Source: Octopus bimaculoides (Eukaryota). From it: a stretch of DNA of 49,600 bases. Where the stretch lies: NCBI RefSeq assembly GCF_001194135.2, contig NC_068996.1, positions 38,712,764-38,762,363 on the forward strand, written 5' to 3'. Positions within the stretch are counted from its first letter, which is position 1. Each line of letters begins with the position of its first letter. Positions 33,301 through 44,714 of the stretch are shown here, in pieces. Below the pieces are notes generated by a model. That model was not told the origin of the DNA and made no database searches. It saw only the letters and a program-made list of their open reading frames with translations. Made by a program: the position numbers and the translations under genes.

Positions 33301-36300
33301 TACTCTCCCTGTATCAGCCTGTTGTCTGTTTTTTTCGCCTCCTCTTCTGATACAAAGGTTACTACTATAGTTGCATATTTCCTTCCTCTTGTAAAGAAAG
33401 TTATCCTTTCTCCTATTTGTTCCTCCAAGATTTTCTCTACCTCTTCCTGTGGCATGTGTTCTATTCTCTTATTTACATTTGAAAATGTTCTGAATATGAC
33501 CGTCTTGTTTTCCATATTTCTTTTCCTCCTCTGGCAGGGTCATTTTCATATTTGACTCTTCTTTCTTTATCATACCACAATATTCAGTTATCTTCTCCTC
33601 ATTCCACTCCATCATCTCTGGCTTCAGCACATGTGGGTCAAGGGGAGCTTGACCTCTAGTAACCTCTGCGTAACTTTTCATTTTTTCAATCGTTTCACTA
33701 CCACCCAACAATGGCAGCTACGCACAAAAATCAGCTAGAATTCTTCAAAAAACAACAAAAGGGCATGGTTTGCTAGCTTGATTCTTTATTACAGGCACCA
33801 GGCCTAATGACAGAGGGGACATACAAAGACATGCGGGAACATAAAACATATGAAGGATGAATGTGAAATGAATAAAATTACAATGCAAATGAGACTGCCA
33901 TCTTGCTCCCGCTGCGAGATGAAACCATGGATTCCTTTTCTTTAACTTTTACACAACCTCTAGCTTCGCACTGAGGTGAAACTGCAACTTCCCTTTTTGC
34001 TTTTGCTTTACAATTACACACACCTTTTAAACAATTGTTCATTCAGGATTTACTTATTTTTTCCTTTTTTTTTTTTAAACTAAAGTCAACCAAATGTATA
34101 TTCCAGTATTTTTTACAAACATTTTGGAAACCTGTTCATTCAATGACAAAATTTACTTTTTTTTCCTTAAAGGTTCAAACAAATATTTTCCTCAGTCACA
34201 GTCTTTACAAGATTACATCAACTTACCTCTTCTGTCTCTCACAATGCCTTTCACTTTTACAATCTTTTACGTTGGGGCGTCCTATCTCACTATAATTTTC
34301 CTTTTGCATAAAACAATCCAATTCTACTGATTACTATGTGGGCCATCCTTCACATGTTTAGATAGTTATTAAGTTGATGTATATTCAATCAACAATTGAT
34401 TGAAAGTGGAATATATTTTTATTTAGTTTTGTATTGGCTATCATTATTGTATTTGTCAGTGTATAAGACACACTCCTGCATAAAACAAACCCTGTATGGG
34501 GTATGAGTATAAAACTACATTCCTTTGCCAAGCCATGTTGAGCCAGTGTGACAGAGTAGGCTCATCAAACTTGTATGATATCATGAATTTGAATTCATGG
34601 CCCTCACATCAGACTCTGGTTGAGCGGGGAGAATATTCTTAGGCCATCGTCCTGCAGTTGACTGAAATTAGGCAATCCAATCCAATCTAGTTTCAATGAA
34701 AGAGGTCAAAAATATTTGTTTAATTTATGCCATAGGAACTTTGCTCAGTTCCATTACAAATGAACATTTATTTAATTTGGTATATAATGTGTGAAAAATA
34801 ACTCATTGATTCAAAAAAATTAATAAAAAGTTGATGTATTTTCTTTTATCTGATTTTGTAGGACAAAGACCAGAGAAGCATGGATATAGAAACTGCTAAA
34901 GCAATGTTATCACTGTTGTTAGGGAAACATTGGACATTGCACAGCTCTTTTCATCAATTTCTAGAGGTTAGTGAATTGCCCTTGAGTTATAGTTTAGAGG
35001 TGTGTTTGGGATCTATGTGCACATAAATATAAACAAACATCTCAATAAACACATTGTCGCTCTCATGTGTGTGTGCATAAAATATTTTTCTGTTTTTATT
35101 TCTTTAATCTGATGCAGTGAAAATCTATCAAGTGTGTTTGTGTGTGCCATCAACATCTAACATCTACTTTTCATGCTGGCATTTGGATGGTTAGACAGAA
35201 TCCAGTGAACCATGGGGCTGTGTTGAGCTCCCAAGTCAGCTTTGATTGGGTTTCTATGGCTGGATGCCTACTTAATACCAACCACTTTACAGAATGTGCT
35301 GGGTGCCATCAGCACTAGTGAAGTCACCAAGGACCTTGCAAGACAAAACAGAACAGAAAAGGAGCAAAAGGCCTCCTCAGCTAAATGGTGGGGATGGGGT
35401 AGTATTGCACATCACATTCAATTCCCCTTATGCCTAACTTTTCCCTTGCACATCACATCTAATTCCTCTTGTGCCTAACTTTTCTTTCAATACACTGTAC
35501 ACTGACATTGCACATCCAGCAGAGCATGCTAGCTTCATTGCTCTTTAGTTTTTACATGTCCTCTACATTCAGAGTGCTTGTCTCACTACCATGTAGCATT
35601 TCTCTACGTACACATGCATCATACAATCTTCCTTTCACTTGAGGGGAGAGACCTTTGGTTTCCAACAGAAGTAAAAGTTCTCTGATTTTTCTCCAACCTG
35701 TTCTTATTCTAGTAATTACATTTTCCTTACATTTTCCCCCACTGCTAATTAGGTCCCCTAGGTTGCAGAAATTAGCCACTATGTCTAGAGAGCCTCTGAG
35801 ACATTAGAGAAAATTTCTCAAGTGTCTGTAGCTTTTATGACTTCTGAGCATTTTCTGCATACAAACATTACTTTCCCTGATAACCTTCCTACTATTTCAC
35901 TGCACCTCTTGTATGTCTATAGCTTGCACAGGGTACACCATATAGAATTCCTCTCTACACCTGTCCTTCATATCAAACAGGGCCATTTACCTGATGGGAT
36001 AAGGTCCTGTCTGTTTTCTTGCTTACTAGAACCTTGGTCTTTGCTAAGTTAACCTAAACCTGAGCTGGGGTGAATAGTATTGAGGGAGATAGCTTTATGC
36101 CAGGTGAAGAGGAAATGTTAAAGTATGGTTGAAAGACAGGAACAGGTGTCTTGCTGTGGGGGAGATATGCTTATCCCAGCTGAAAGGGAAAGAGGATAGT
36201 TGTAAAGGTGTGTCAGGGCATTACCCTCACCCACTGAGTTACAGGAAGGTGAATAAGAGAATTGGCATGGATGGGTATGTAAGTTCATGAGAGCGTGGGA

Positions 36301-37220
36301 GGTAAATAAGCTTTTTCTCTGACTATAATTAGTTTGGTTTTGTAATATAGTAATCATGTTTGCACACACACACACACACACACTAAATTATTGTGTATAG
36401 CAGGCACATTTCCATGTGTGTGTATAATAATCTTTTTTTTTTTTGTCTTTGCAGCAATCAAAATACAAAGTTATAAACAAGGACCAATGGTGTAATATAT
36501 TGGAATTTAGTCGAACAATCTACCCAGATCTTTCAAATTATGATGAAGATGGGGCTTGTAAGTATTTTAGATCACTTTTCTTTTTCCATTTCCTTTTTAA
36601 TTTTGTAAGAATTCTAACTAAAACCATTTGAATTGAAACAGGAAGAAAGTTATTTTAAGAACACACACACACACACACACACACACCATACCATTCACTT
36701 AGTTGTGGTTGACCATAGAATTTGATGATAACCATCTTCAATTGAAGATTCTTTGTTAATTGTATACGTGATTCCTGATGTGCAGCACTTTTTATTGCGG
36801 TCTAGACACAAATGTTTAGTTGAAGATGCCAGGTATTAATTTGCATGTAGGACTTTTCTCTGGCTTCTTCTTCTAATAGTGCTGAGTGCATTTCTTCTCC
36901 ATATCTGCAATCCCTCTCCAGCAATGAGATCAGGCAAGTCAACAGTTGGCAGCCATGCTGTCCATTCTTGAAGGGTTGATGTTGCTCCTCTTTATATTAG
37001 TCTTCAACTGGTCTTTCAACTTACACTTTCGTATGCCATCCAGCTGATGCTGAAGGTGTTCTTGGATGTAAAGGATCATATGGAAGAGATGTGAGTCAGA
37101 CATGCACACTACATATCCTAGACATTTTAGTTAATGTTTGTACAGCATGACTTCAGTGCTGCTCATGTTGGTATGAAAGAGGATTTCTGTGTTCAATATG
37201 TCTATCTGTGTCTCCCTTTC

Positions 37221-37256
<36 letters not shown>

Positions 37257-37725
37257 AATATCTGTCTTTTTATTTTTTTTCTCACGATCCCTTTTGATTG
37301 GAATTTTATTTTTCTCCTTTTTTTCTATTTTCAAAAAGAAAAGCTCTACATTCTTTAGTCCCCTCTGTGTTCGGCCTTGTGTGGCTAATAAAGAAAGTTA
37401 TCTATAATATCTATCTGTTTATCTATCTATAATATCTATCTGTTTATCTATCTATATCTATGTGTCTATCTATCTATGATATCTATCTGTCTGTCTCCAT
37501 AATATCTATCTGTCTATCTATCTAAAATATGTCTGTCTATCTGTCTGACTGAGGTCTGGAAAGCTAGCAGCTGCACCAGGCTCCCAATCTGATCTGGTAA
37601 TGTTTCTACAGCTGAATGCCCTTCCTAATGCCAACCACTTCATGAGTGTAGTGGATGCTTTTTACATGCCACTGGCACAGGAGCCAGTCAGGTGGTTCTG
37701 GCATTGATCACATTCGGATTATGTA

Positions 37726-37758
<33 letters not shown>

Positions 37759-37768
37759 NNNNNNNNNN

Positions 37769-37807
<39 letters not shown>

Positions 37808-38975
37808 CTAATCAATATATATATAATATCTATTTATCAATAAATATATATATATATATGGTAATAGCAGTTTTTGATACATCCTATTTTTTTGTTGGCT
37901 TCTATATTTTAACAAATGCATGCAGAGTTACATGATGAATGTTACCCATATCTCTTCCCCACTCTCTACCTATTTTTCTCTCTCTCTATCTCTTTGTAAC
38001 ACCTAGTTCACCCTAACTGCAACAGCGCCACCAATAACAACTATTATGTATTACAAGCGCACATGCACAACTATATTGTACATATTTATTTATATATGTA
38101 TATATTATACTCATAAGTTTTTTTAAATACATACATTGCCAAAAAGCACATATTTGACTCTGTTAAGTGTTGACCAACATGTTGGAATGTAACTCCTTTC
38201 TCAAAGTTCTTCCCTGATGAAATAACCAGTTGACCAGTTTCAGTATGAAAATTTTAAATTATTAATTTTATTTTATTTCCCTAATTGAATTAATTGGACA
38301 TGTAGGGAAAAGAATTTCATATTATATTGATTTGAATATCTTTGAATAAAGTGATGTCTATATGTCAATTTCTCCATTTTCTTCTTTTTCTCATTCATGA
38401 ATATTTTAAATACCAATATACATCAGTGCAAAACTAACATATTTAGTTTCTTACTGAACTCTGGTATAGACCAAATTAGGATGCAAACATCCCTTAAAGG
38501 ATTATAGATTGTTGGTATGATTATATATATATAAATAAATAAATAAAGCATTCACATTGTATATCTAAAACAATGAGAATGCTTTCTTTGCTTATGTTGG
38601 GTGCCTTTAGAAATGTTATAAAGTACATCCTTAATTATAAAAATGGGATCAATGAAATAAGTAATACCAGATGAATACTGGGATCAATCTAATCAGCTGT
38701 ATCCCTGATATGGGAAACTGTGTTTCTATTGTTAGTGAATTGAGTGGAAATCAACTACAATAGAACAAATTTACTGAAGAGTTTATTAAATTTCTGATTC
38801 TTCAGATTTGTTTGTCACAGATAATTTGTAAATTTTATTTTGTTTTTAATAGTTTTCTTAATTTTAATAATTTATTACTGGTCAACTGAAATTTTTATTT
38901 TTTATATTTCCAGGGCCTGTAATGCTGGATGAGTTTGTTGAGTGGTTAAAGGAACAAAATTCTTTTCGCAGTTGA
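20824..38975 (+). CDS. DCUN1D5: DCN1-like protein (DCUN1D5/DCUN1D4 type, PONY/cullin-binding domain), 8 coding exons joined: 20824-20912, 23146-23234, 25045-25121, 31040-31131, 31760-31868, 34862-34966, 36455-36557, 38914-38975; 726 nt, 241 aa
   Basis: Manual splicing at GT-AG sites keeps one frame: [241 protein letters not shown]. Recognised from DCNL4/5 family motifs. The basic N-terminus with S9-P10 resembles DCNL5, but it may be the pre-duplication DCUN1D4/5 ortholog. Confidence 0.93.
21834..21880 (-). ncRNA. Minimal type I hammerhead ribozyme motif (left arm)
   Basis: AGACAC-CUGAAGA-A-GGCUG(GAGGGUAUAU)CAGCC-GAAAU-GUU-GUGUU. Confidence 0.72.
22161..22207 (+). ncRNA. Minimal type I hammerhead ribozyme motif
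   Basis: AGACAC-CUGAUGA-A-AGCUG(GAGGGUAUAU)CAGCU-GAAAC-GUU-GUGUU; palindromic ACGU stem III. Confidence 0.8.
23146..23234 (+). CDS. DCUN1D5: DCN1-like coding exon 2
   Basis: ttgcag acceptor, [13 protein letters not shown] motif, donor G/GTGAGA. Confidence 0.92.
24050..24270 (-). mobile_element. tRNA-related SINE fragment
   Basis: GGATGAAAGGCAAAGTCAACC..GGAATTTGAACTCA block, also at 14450-14620 and 15560-15650. Confidence 0.6.
24545..24764 (+). mobile_element. piggyBac-type MITE, complete, with tandem second copy at 24769-24975
   Basis: TTAA-CCCTTTAGCATTCAGA...TCTGAATGCTAAAGGG-TTAA (perfect 16-bp TIR). Confidence 0.85.
25045..25121 (+). CDS. DCUN1D5: DCN1-like coding exon 3
   Basis: poly-T tract plus tcag acceptor, [17 protein letters not shown], donor GTAAGC. 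Confidence 0.95.
25680..25985 (-). mobile_element. SINE-like repeat in intron 3 (others at 25228-25440, 27610-27780 and, opposite orientation, 29520-29640)
   Basis: CCATGCTGGCATGGGT...GGATGCCCTTCC block. Confidence 0.7.
29061..29263 (-). mobile_element. Mariner-type MITE, second copy
   Basis: Reverse complement aligns to 6813-7031. Confidence 0.7.
31040..31131 (+). CDS. DCUN1D5: DCN1-like coding exon 4
   Basis: [27 protein letters not shown], ttttag / GTAAGC. Confidence 0.95.
31760..31868 (+). CDS. DCUN1D5: DCN1-like coding exon 5
   Basis: [36 protein letters not shown], ttcag / GTAAGA. Confidence 0.95.
32105..32393 (-). mobile_element. Family B HHR-bearing non-coding repeat
   Basis: Shares blocks (tttctaa.tctct, ...agtcc..., tagc.c.agga, gtgtcctt) with 41690-41945 and 45620-45935; HHR at the same relative position. 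Confidence 0.6.
32329..32369 (-). ncRNA. Minimal type I hammerhead ribozyme motif, GUC site
   Basis: CCAGA-CUGAUGA-UGAG(CAAUGA)CUCU-GAAAC-UA-GUC-UCUGG; palindromic ACUAGU stem III. Confidence 0.75.
32394..33762 (-). mobile_element. Internally deleted Tx1/L1-like non-LTR retrotransposon: gag-like ORF1 (about 33711 to 32800, frameshifted) joined to an ORF2 C-terminal/3' end, AATAAA and A11 tail
   Basis: [13 protein letters not shown]...VIFRTF...[15 protein letters not shown]...[13 protein letters not shown]; poly(T) 32395-32405; 20-bp TSD at 32374-32393 and 33763-33782. Clade assignment is an inference. Confidence 0.7.
33783..34340 (-). mobile_element. 5'-truncated related non-LTR element (3' end only), in tandem with 32394-33762
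   Basis: 33785-34100 is a diverged direct repeat of about 32410-32750, ending in AATAAAG on the - strand. Confidence 0.65.
34862..34966 (+). CDS. DCUN1D5: DCN1-like coding exon 6
   Basis: [21 protein letters not shown], tgtag / GTTAGT. Confidence 0.95.
35460..36050 (-). mobile_element. RTE-type LINE C-terminal fragment
   Basis: [56 protein letters not shown]. Confidence 0.8.
36455..36557 (+). CDS. DCUN1D5: DCN1-like coding exon 7
   Basis: [34 protein letters not shown], ttgcag / GTAAGT. Confidence 0.95.
36760..37110 (-). mobile_element. RTE 3' end fragment
   Basis: Decayed HV.RLP.D...PRT......G.R..GRP..RYK-like stretch on the - strand. Confidence 0.5.
38914..38975 (+). CDS. DCUN1D5: DCN1-like coding exon 8 (stop TGA 38973-38975, followed by TAG)
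   Basis: (W)[10 protein letters not shown] motif after tttccag acceptor. Confidence 0.95.
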
Positions 38976-39061
38976 TAGAGCTAAGTTTTGAAAATAATCA
39001 TATGAGCTTTAACCTGAACTTGGACATTTTGTTTCTTCAAAGGTCTGTACAGTATATAACT

Positions 39062-39067
39062 AATAAA
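39062..39067 (+). terminator. Candidate polyadenylation signal of the DCN1-like gene
   Basis: First AATAAA about 87 nt after the stop; usage unverified. Confidence 0.4.
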
Positions 39068-39509
39068 GTCCACTATGTAAACCAAGCCTAAGAAAATATA
39101 GGAATTTCTCCCTTTCTACTGGATCAGACAATGTACTGAAGTTCAAAATGAGCTCAAGTGTTACTTTAACACAAAAAAGAAAAAATTATTCTTGTTTTCT
39201 TCATGTTTGTATTCTTGAAAACAAAGCATTTATAATTAATGCATTCTATGAATGGAAGCAATATAAGCTCATATTTCTTTAATTTTACACACAGACATAC
39301 AAATATGTGCCTATATACAGTCACATACATGTATACATATATACAGACTTAAAGTATACATACATGCATTTTTGTATGTAATACGTTTATATATATATAT
39401 CTATATGTTATATATATGTATATGTTATATATATTGTATATGTTATATATATTATATACGTATATGTTATATATATTATATGTATATATATATATATCAA
39501 TATATTACA

Positions 39510-39802
39510 GATGTGACCTGATCTAAGATCGTGTGCTGAAACAAAAACAATTGCAGCGTGGAAGGTATTTATAAGTCATTTAAAGACACAAAAGTCATGA
39601 GATTCACTTCAACATTTAAATTTAATTTGCCAAAATATTTTCGTTGCTTTGCGACTGCAACATGTTCACTGACAAAATTCCATGATGCAGCAGGGAATTT
39701 TGTCAGCGAACAGGTTGCAGTCTCAAAGCGATGAAAATATTTTAGCAAATTAAATTTAAATGTTGAAGGGAATCATAAACACCTTCCACGCTGCAATTGT
39801 TT
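39510..39802. repeat. Fold-back element with one-sided tail
   Basis: AACAATTGCAGCGTGGAAGGT / ACCTTCCACGCTGCAATTGTT; centre CTGACAAAATTCC...GGAATTTTGTCAG. Confidence 0.85.
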
Positions 39803-40441
39803 ATGTCTGTATATATCTATATATATATATATATNNNNNNNNNNNNNNNNNNNNNNNNNNNNNNNNNNNNNNNNNNNNNNNNNNNNNNNNNNNNNNNNNN
39901 NNNNNNNNNNNNNNNNNNNNNNNNNNNNNNNNNNNNNNNNNNNNNNNNNNNNNNNNNNNNNNNNNNNNNNNNNNNNNNNNNNNNNNNNNNNNNNNNNNNN
40001 NNNNNNNNNNNNNNNNNNNNNNNNNNNNNNNNNNNNNNNNNNNNNNNNNNNNNNNNNNNNNNNNNNNNNNNNNNNNNNNNNNNNNNNNNNNNNNNNNNNN
40101 NNNNNNNNNNNNNNNNNNNNNNNNNNNNNNNNNNNNNNNNNNNNNNNNNNNNNNNNNNNNNNNNNNNNNNNNNNNNNNNNNNNNNNNNNNNNNNNNNNNN
40201 NNNNNNNNNNNNNNNNNNNNNNNNNNNNNNNNNNNNNNNNNNNNNNNNNNNNNNNNNNNNNNNNNNNNNNNNNNNNNNNNNNNNNNNNNNNNNNNNNNNN
40301 NNNNNNNNNNNNNNNNNNNNNNNNNNNNNNNNNNNNNNNNNATATGTATATATCAATATGTATGTATATATCTATATATATATATATATATATATATTGT
40401 ATCTTTATATATATGTATATATCAATATGTATGTATATATC

Positions 40442-40474
<33 letters not shown>

Positions 40475-40688
40475 ATATCTATCTATGTATATATATATGT
40501 ATGTATGTATCTATATATATATATGTATGTATCTATCTATATATATATATGTATGTATCTATCTATATATATATGTATGTATGTATCTATCTATCTCTAT
40601 ATATATGTATGTATGTATCTATCTATCTCTCTATATATATATGTATGTGTATATCTATCTATATATATATATATATTTTCATCTGTTT

Positions 40689-40737
<49 letters not shown>

Positions 40738-41689
40738 ATATATATGTCTGTTTATGTTTACCAGTGCAAACTGGTATTCTGAATTGCGTTTTCTTATGTT
40801 GAAAGTGGTAACCTAGCTTTTTGACAATTAGAGAGTGATAAAAATTAGTAAAAGACTGAAATGCTAGGGTTGTTAATGACTGACTAAAATCCTTGGAGGC
40901 AGTGCCTCAACATAGTTACACTCCAGTGACTTAAACTAGTATAAGATTATAAAATGGAAAGAGAGTATGTATGTGCATGTATACTGATGTGTGTTTGCGT
41001 GTGTGTTAAAAGTATTCCACACAAGTAAATTTTTATTAAAAAAATGAAAAGAAAAAAATGCTTGTATTGTCAATAAAAAGAACGTATTGATGTTTCTATG
41101 CTATTATCAATAAAAAGAAAGTATTGACGTTTTTATCATCAGAATATGCTACTGGTTTCATTCACTTTAAATGACAAATTAGTCATGCTGAAATAAATCA
41201 AATTCAGTTAATCTTTGATGATATCAGTTCTAGAAGTTCTCACGTGGTGCTGGTATTTTTGTTCCCGATTACTGCTTAGTTGTAATAGTAGCAGCAACAG
41301 CTGTTCAAGTTGTTATAATTTTCTAGACTATATTTCAGTCCTTTTGTTATGAATTCTTTTTTCAAGCAATAAAGAAGTTCACATGTATAAATTATATGAC
41401 CAGAAGTCAATGGTCTCAATTCCTAATTAGCAAGAATGTTTGAATAAAGATTCACTACAGAGAATTTATTGACTATTTTCAGAAGATGGTATATTTAGCA
41501 TTAATATATATATAATATGCTATATGTCTGTATAAATATACTTTTTTTTTTGTGTGAGTAACACTAGGATTTGAAGCTGTTGAATTTATTCTACTGTATA
41601 AGATTTACTTTCTAAGTCATTCAATATAAGCTGGAGTCATACTGTTTATTTTTTGTATATTTGTACCATAATGCTTAATGAAACCGTTT

Positions 41690-41945
41690 GAATGTAGTCA
41701 AGATTGTTTGCTAACATAACATGACAGTCCTGGTTTTGGACTAATGTTGCTGTAATTTAGTCCCAGGAGATATCATCTCCAGCTGGCTATACAACATGAT
41801 CAGTGTCCTTATATTTTCGAACAAGGGAACCTAGCACCTCCACTCAGCTCAAAACAACATCTGTATGGCGATTACTGGGTTATTTCCCTTTATCAGCACA
41901 GAATAATTGCTCGGCTAGAGGTGGCGGTGCCAAATTCCCATTCGA
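41690..41945 (-). mobile_element. Family B repeat with decayed HHR at 41860-41902
   Basis: UCUGUG-CUGAUAA-A-GGG(AAAUAA)CCC-A-GUAAUCGCCA-UACAGA. Confidence 0.55.
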
Positions 41946-43060
41946 AATATATAGTTTTCAAAGTAACAACTAGTCACTGATTTATAAATTAGAAAATTAC
42001 TATTTTAAAATCTTACAATGTGTTATGTTAGCAAATAATCTTTACTACAAAGTCCTGTTGCTGAATATCTCACACAGTGAGATTTAAAAATAGTAATTTT
42101 CGAAACCATTTGAATTTTTCTAAATTATTCAGCATTTCTTTCTTGCTGTAACAGTGTCTCTACTTAATTGTTCTGTTTGTCTTTTGTATTAGAAAGTTCA
42201 TTCTGCAATCTTATCTTACATGTAATGATTATTGTAAATTGTTTATCAATTTCACACATGCACACCACACACATAAATATGTATGAAATTAAATATGAAA
42301 GTCTTGTTTGCAAAATATAACTCAAAATACGAGTATATATATTTTTTATTGATATTTGGCAGAAGTAAGAGAATGATTCAAGAGCTGACAGTTTTGTGCC
42401 TTAACATGTATCAAACTGAGNNNNNNNNNNNNNNNNNNNNNNNNNNNNNNNNNNNNNNNNNNNNNNNNNNNNNNNNNNNNNNNNNNNNNNNNNNNNNNNN
42501 NNNNNNNNNNNNNNNNNNNNNNNNNNNNNNNNNNNNNNNNNNNNNNNNNNNNNNNNNNNNNNNNNNNNNNNNNNNNNNNNNNNNNNNNNNNNNNNNNNNN
42601 NNNNNNNNNNNNNNNNNNNNNNNNNNNNNNNNNNNNNNNNNNNNNNNNNNNNNNNNNNNNNNNNNNNNNNNNNNNNNNNNNNNNNNNNNNNNNNNNNNNN
42701 NNNNNNNNNNNNNNNNNNNNNNNNNNNNNNNNNNNNNNNNNNNNNNNNNNNNNNNNNNNNNNNNNNNATATGGTTGGCAATGCAAACAGGAAAAATATAA
42801 CTCAAAATACGAGTATATATATTTTTTATTGATATTTGGCAGAAGTAAGAGAATGATTCAAGAGCTGACAGTTTTGTGCCTTAACATGTATCAAACTGAG
42901 TCCAATAAGCACTGCTGAACGAAATTCTCAGCCCTTGGTCACTCTGTTATTTATAAATATTTGTCAGAAGTATGTATTCTTTCATTTTTTTTTTCTTTGC
43001 CTACCCTTTCTGAAACCCTTATTTCTTTTTACAACTAAAAGAAAGTTAACACAGTCTCTT

Positions 43061-43109
<49 letters not shown>

Positions 43110-43164
43110 TATATATTTATATGCACATGTATAGATATATATATATATAAAATTGCATATGTAT

Positions 43165-43560
43165 GGCTGTATGGTAAGAAGCTTGCTTCCCAACCACATG
43201 GTTCTGGGTTCTGTCCCACTGCATGTCACTTTCTACTATAGTGTCAGTGGCCAAACCCTGAATCCTTGTGAGTGGCTTTGGCAGATGAAAAGTGAAATAA
43301 GCCTGCCGCATGTGTGTGTGCATATATATATATATATGTGTGTATGTATGTGTTTTTTTTTCTGTTTGTCCACCTCTTCTGCTTGACAACCAGTGTTGAT
43401 TCGTTTATGTTCCTGTAACTTAGAGGTTCAGCAAAAAGTTATTACTAGAATAAGTATAAGACTTCAAAGTAAGTATTGGGGTCAATTTGTTTGGTTGAGA
43501 GCTTCTAGGTGGTGCCCTAGCATGACTGCAGTCTAATGACTGATACAAGTAAAAGATAAC
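43165..43560 (+). mobile_element. tRNA-derived SINE with internal microsatellite
   Basis: Head as at 16980; 3' part related to 44100-44290 and 47690-47878. Confidence 0.6.
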
Positions 43561-43735
43561 ATACACATACATGCACACACACACGTAACAGCCTGGATAA
43601 TCACTTTGATGAAAATGCTTTCTACTATGGCCGAAGGCCAACCAAAGCCTCGTGACAAGAATTGCTAGACGGACATATGTATGTGGGCAGGTAGATAGGC
43701 AGGTATGTACATATTGTGTGTGTGTGTGTGTGTGT

Positions 43736-43807
<72 letters not shown>

Positions 43808-44355
43808 NNNNNNNNNNNNNNNNNNNNNNNNNNNNNNNNNNNNNNNNNNNNNNNNNNNNNNNNNNNNNNNNNNNNNNNNNNNNNNNNNNNNNNNNNNNNN
43901 NNNNNNNNNNNNNNNNNNNNNNNNNNNNNNNNNNNNNNNNNNNNNNNNNNNNNNNNNNNNNNNNNNNNNNNNNNNNNNNNNNNNNNNNNNNNNNNNNNNN
44001 NNNNNNNNNNNNNNNNNNNNNNNNNNNNNNNNNNNNNNNNNNNNNNNNNNNNNNNNNNNNNNNNNNNNNNNNNNNNNNNNNNNNNNNNNNNGGTAGATGG
44101 AAGCTGAAAGGCCTGTTTGTCCCCACCTCCATCACTCGACAACTAATGTTGGTGTGTTTACATTCCTATAACTTAGCAGTTCAGCAGGAGAAATCAATAG
44201 AATAAGTACTAGGCTTACAAAGAATAAGTCCTGGAGGTTGGCTTCTTCAACTAAAATCAAGGCGATGCTGCAGTGAAACAAGTGAAAAGAATATGTGTGT
44301 GTGTGTATACTATAAATGCATATGTGAATAAATAAGTAATAATTTTATATTTAGG

Positions 44356-44401
<46 letters not shown>

Positions 44402-44714
44402 TCTCCTTGCCTTGACATCAGGCAGCAATTGTAAACAAGTGCTATTTTTATGCAAGAGGTGTGTCCAATCTTCCACATAATCATGTCAGAACATGGTGAA
44501 ATATTACCTTGGAAACAGGTGAAAGTTTGTGATAGGAAGGGTATCCAACTATTCAAAATCTATCGGATCCACATGAGCATGGAAAAGTGGATGTTTCACA
44601 CACACACATTACATGGATGATATTTTCAACTGAAATGTTACAACTATCCGATTGTTCAAGTGCTTCAGTTCTGTGTATGTACATATATTTACACAATTGC
44701 TGACGTTTATCAAT

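Noticed and set aside
34520-34580. CAAGU-UUGAUGA-GCC..GGC-UCAAC-AUG-GCUUG on the - strand
   Set aside because: Needs three substitutions plus a 2-nt deletion to be a hammerhead; too weak.
42312-42900. Identical 109-nt sequence on both sides of a gap (42312-42420, 42792-42900)
   Set aside because: Most likely contig overlap or a scaffolding artefact.
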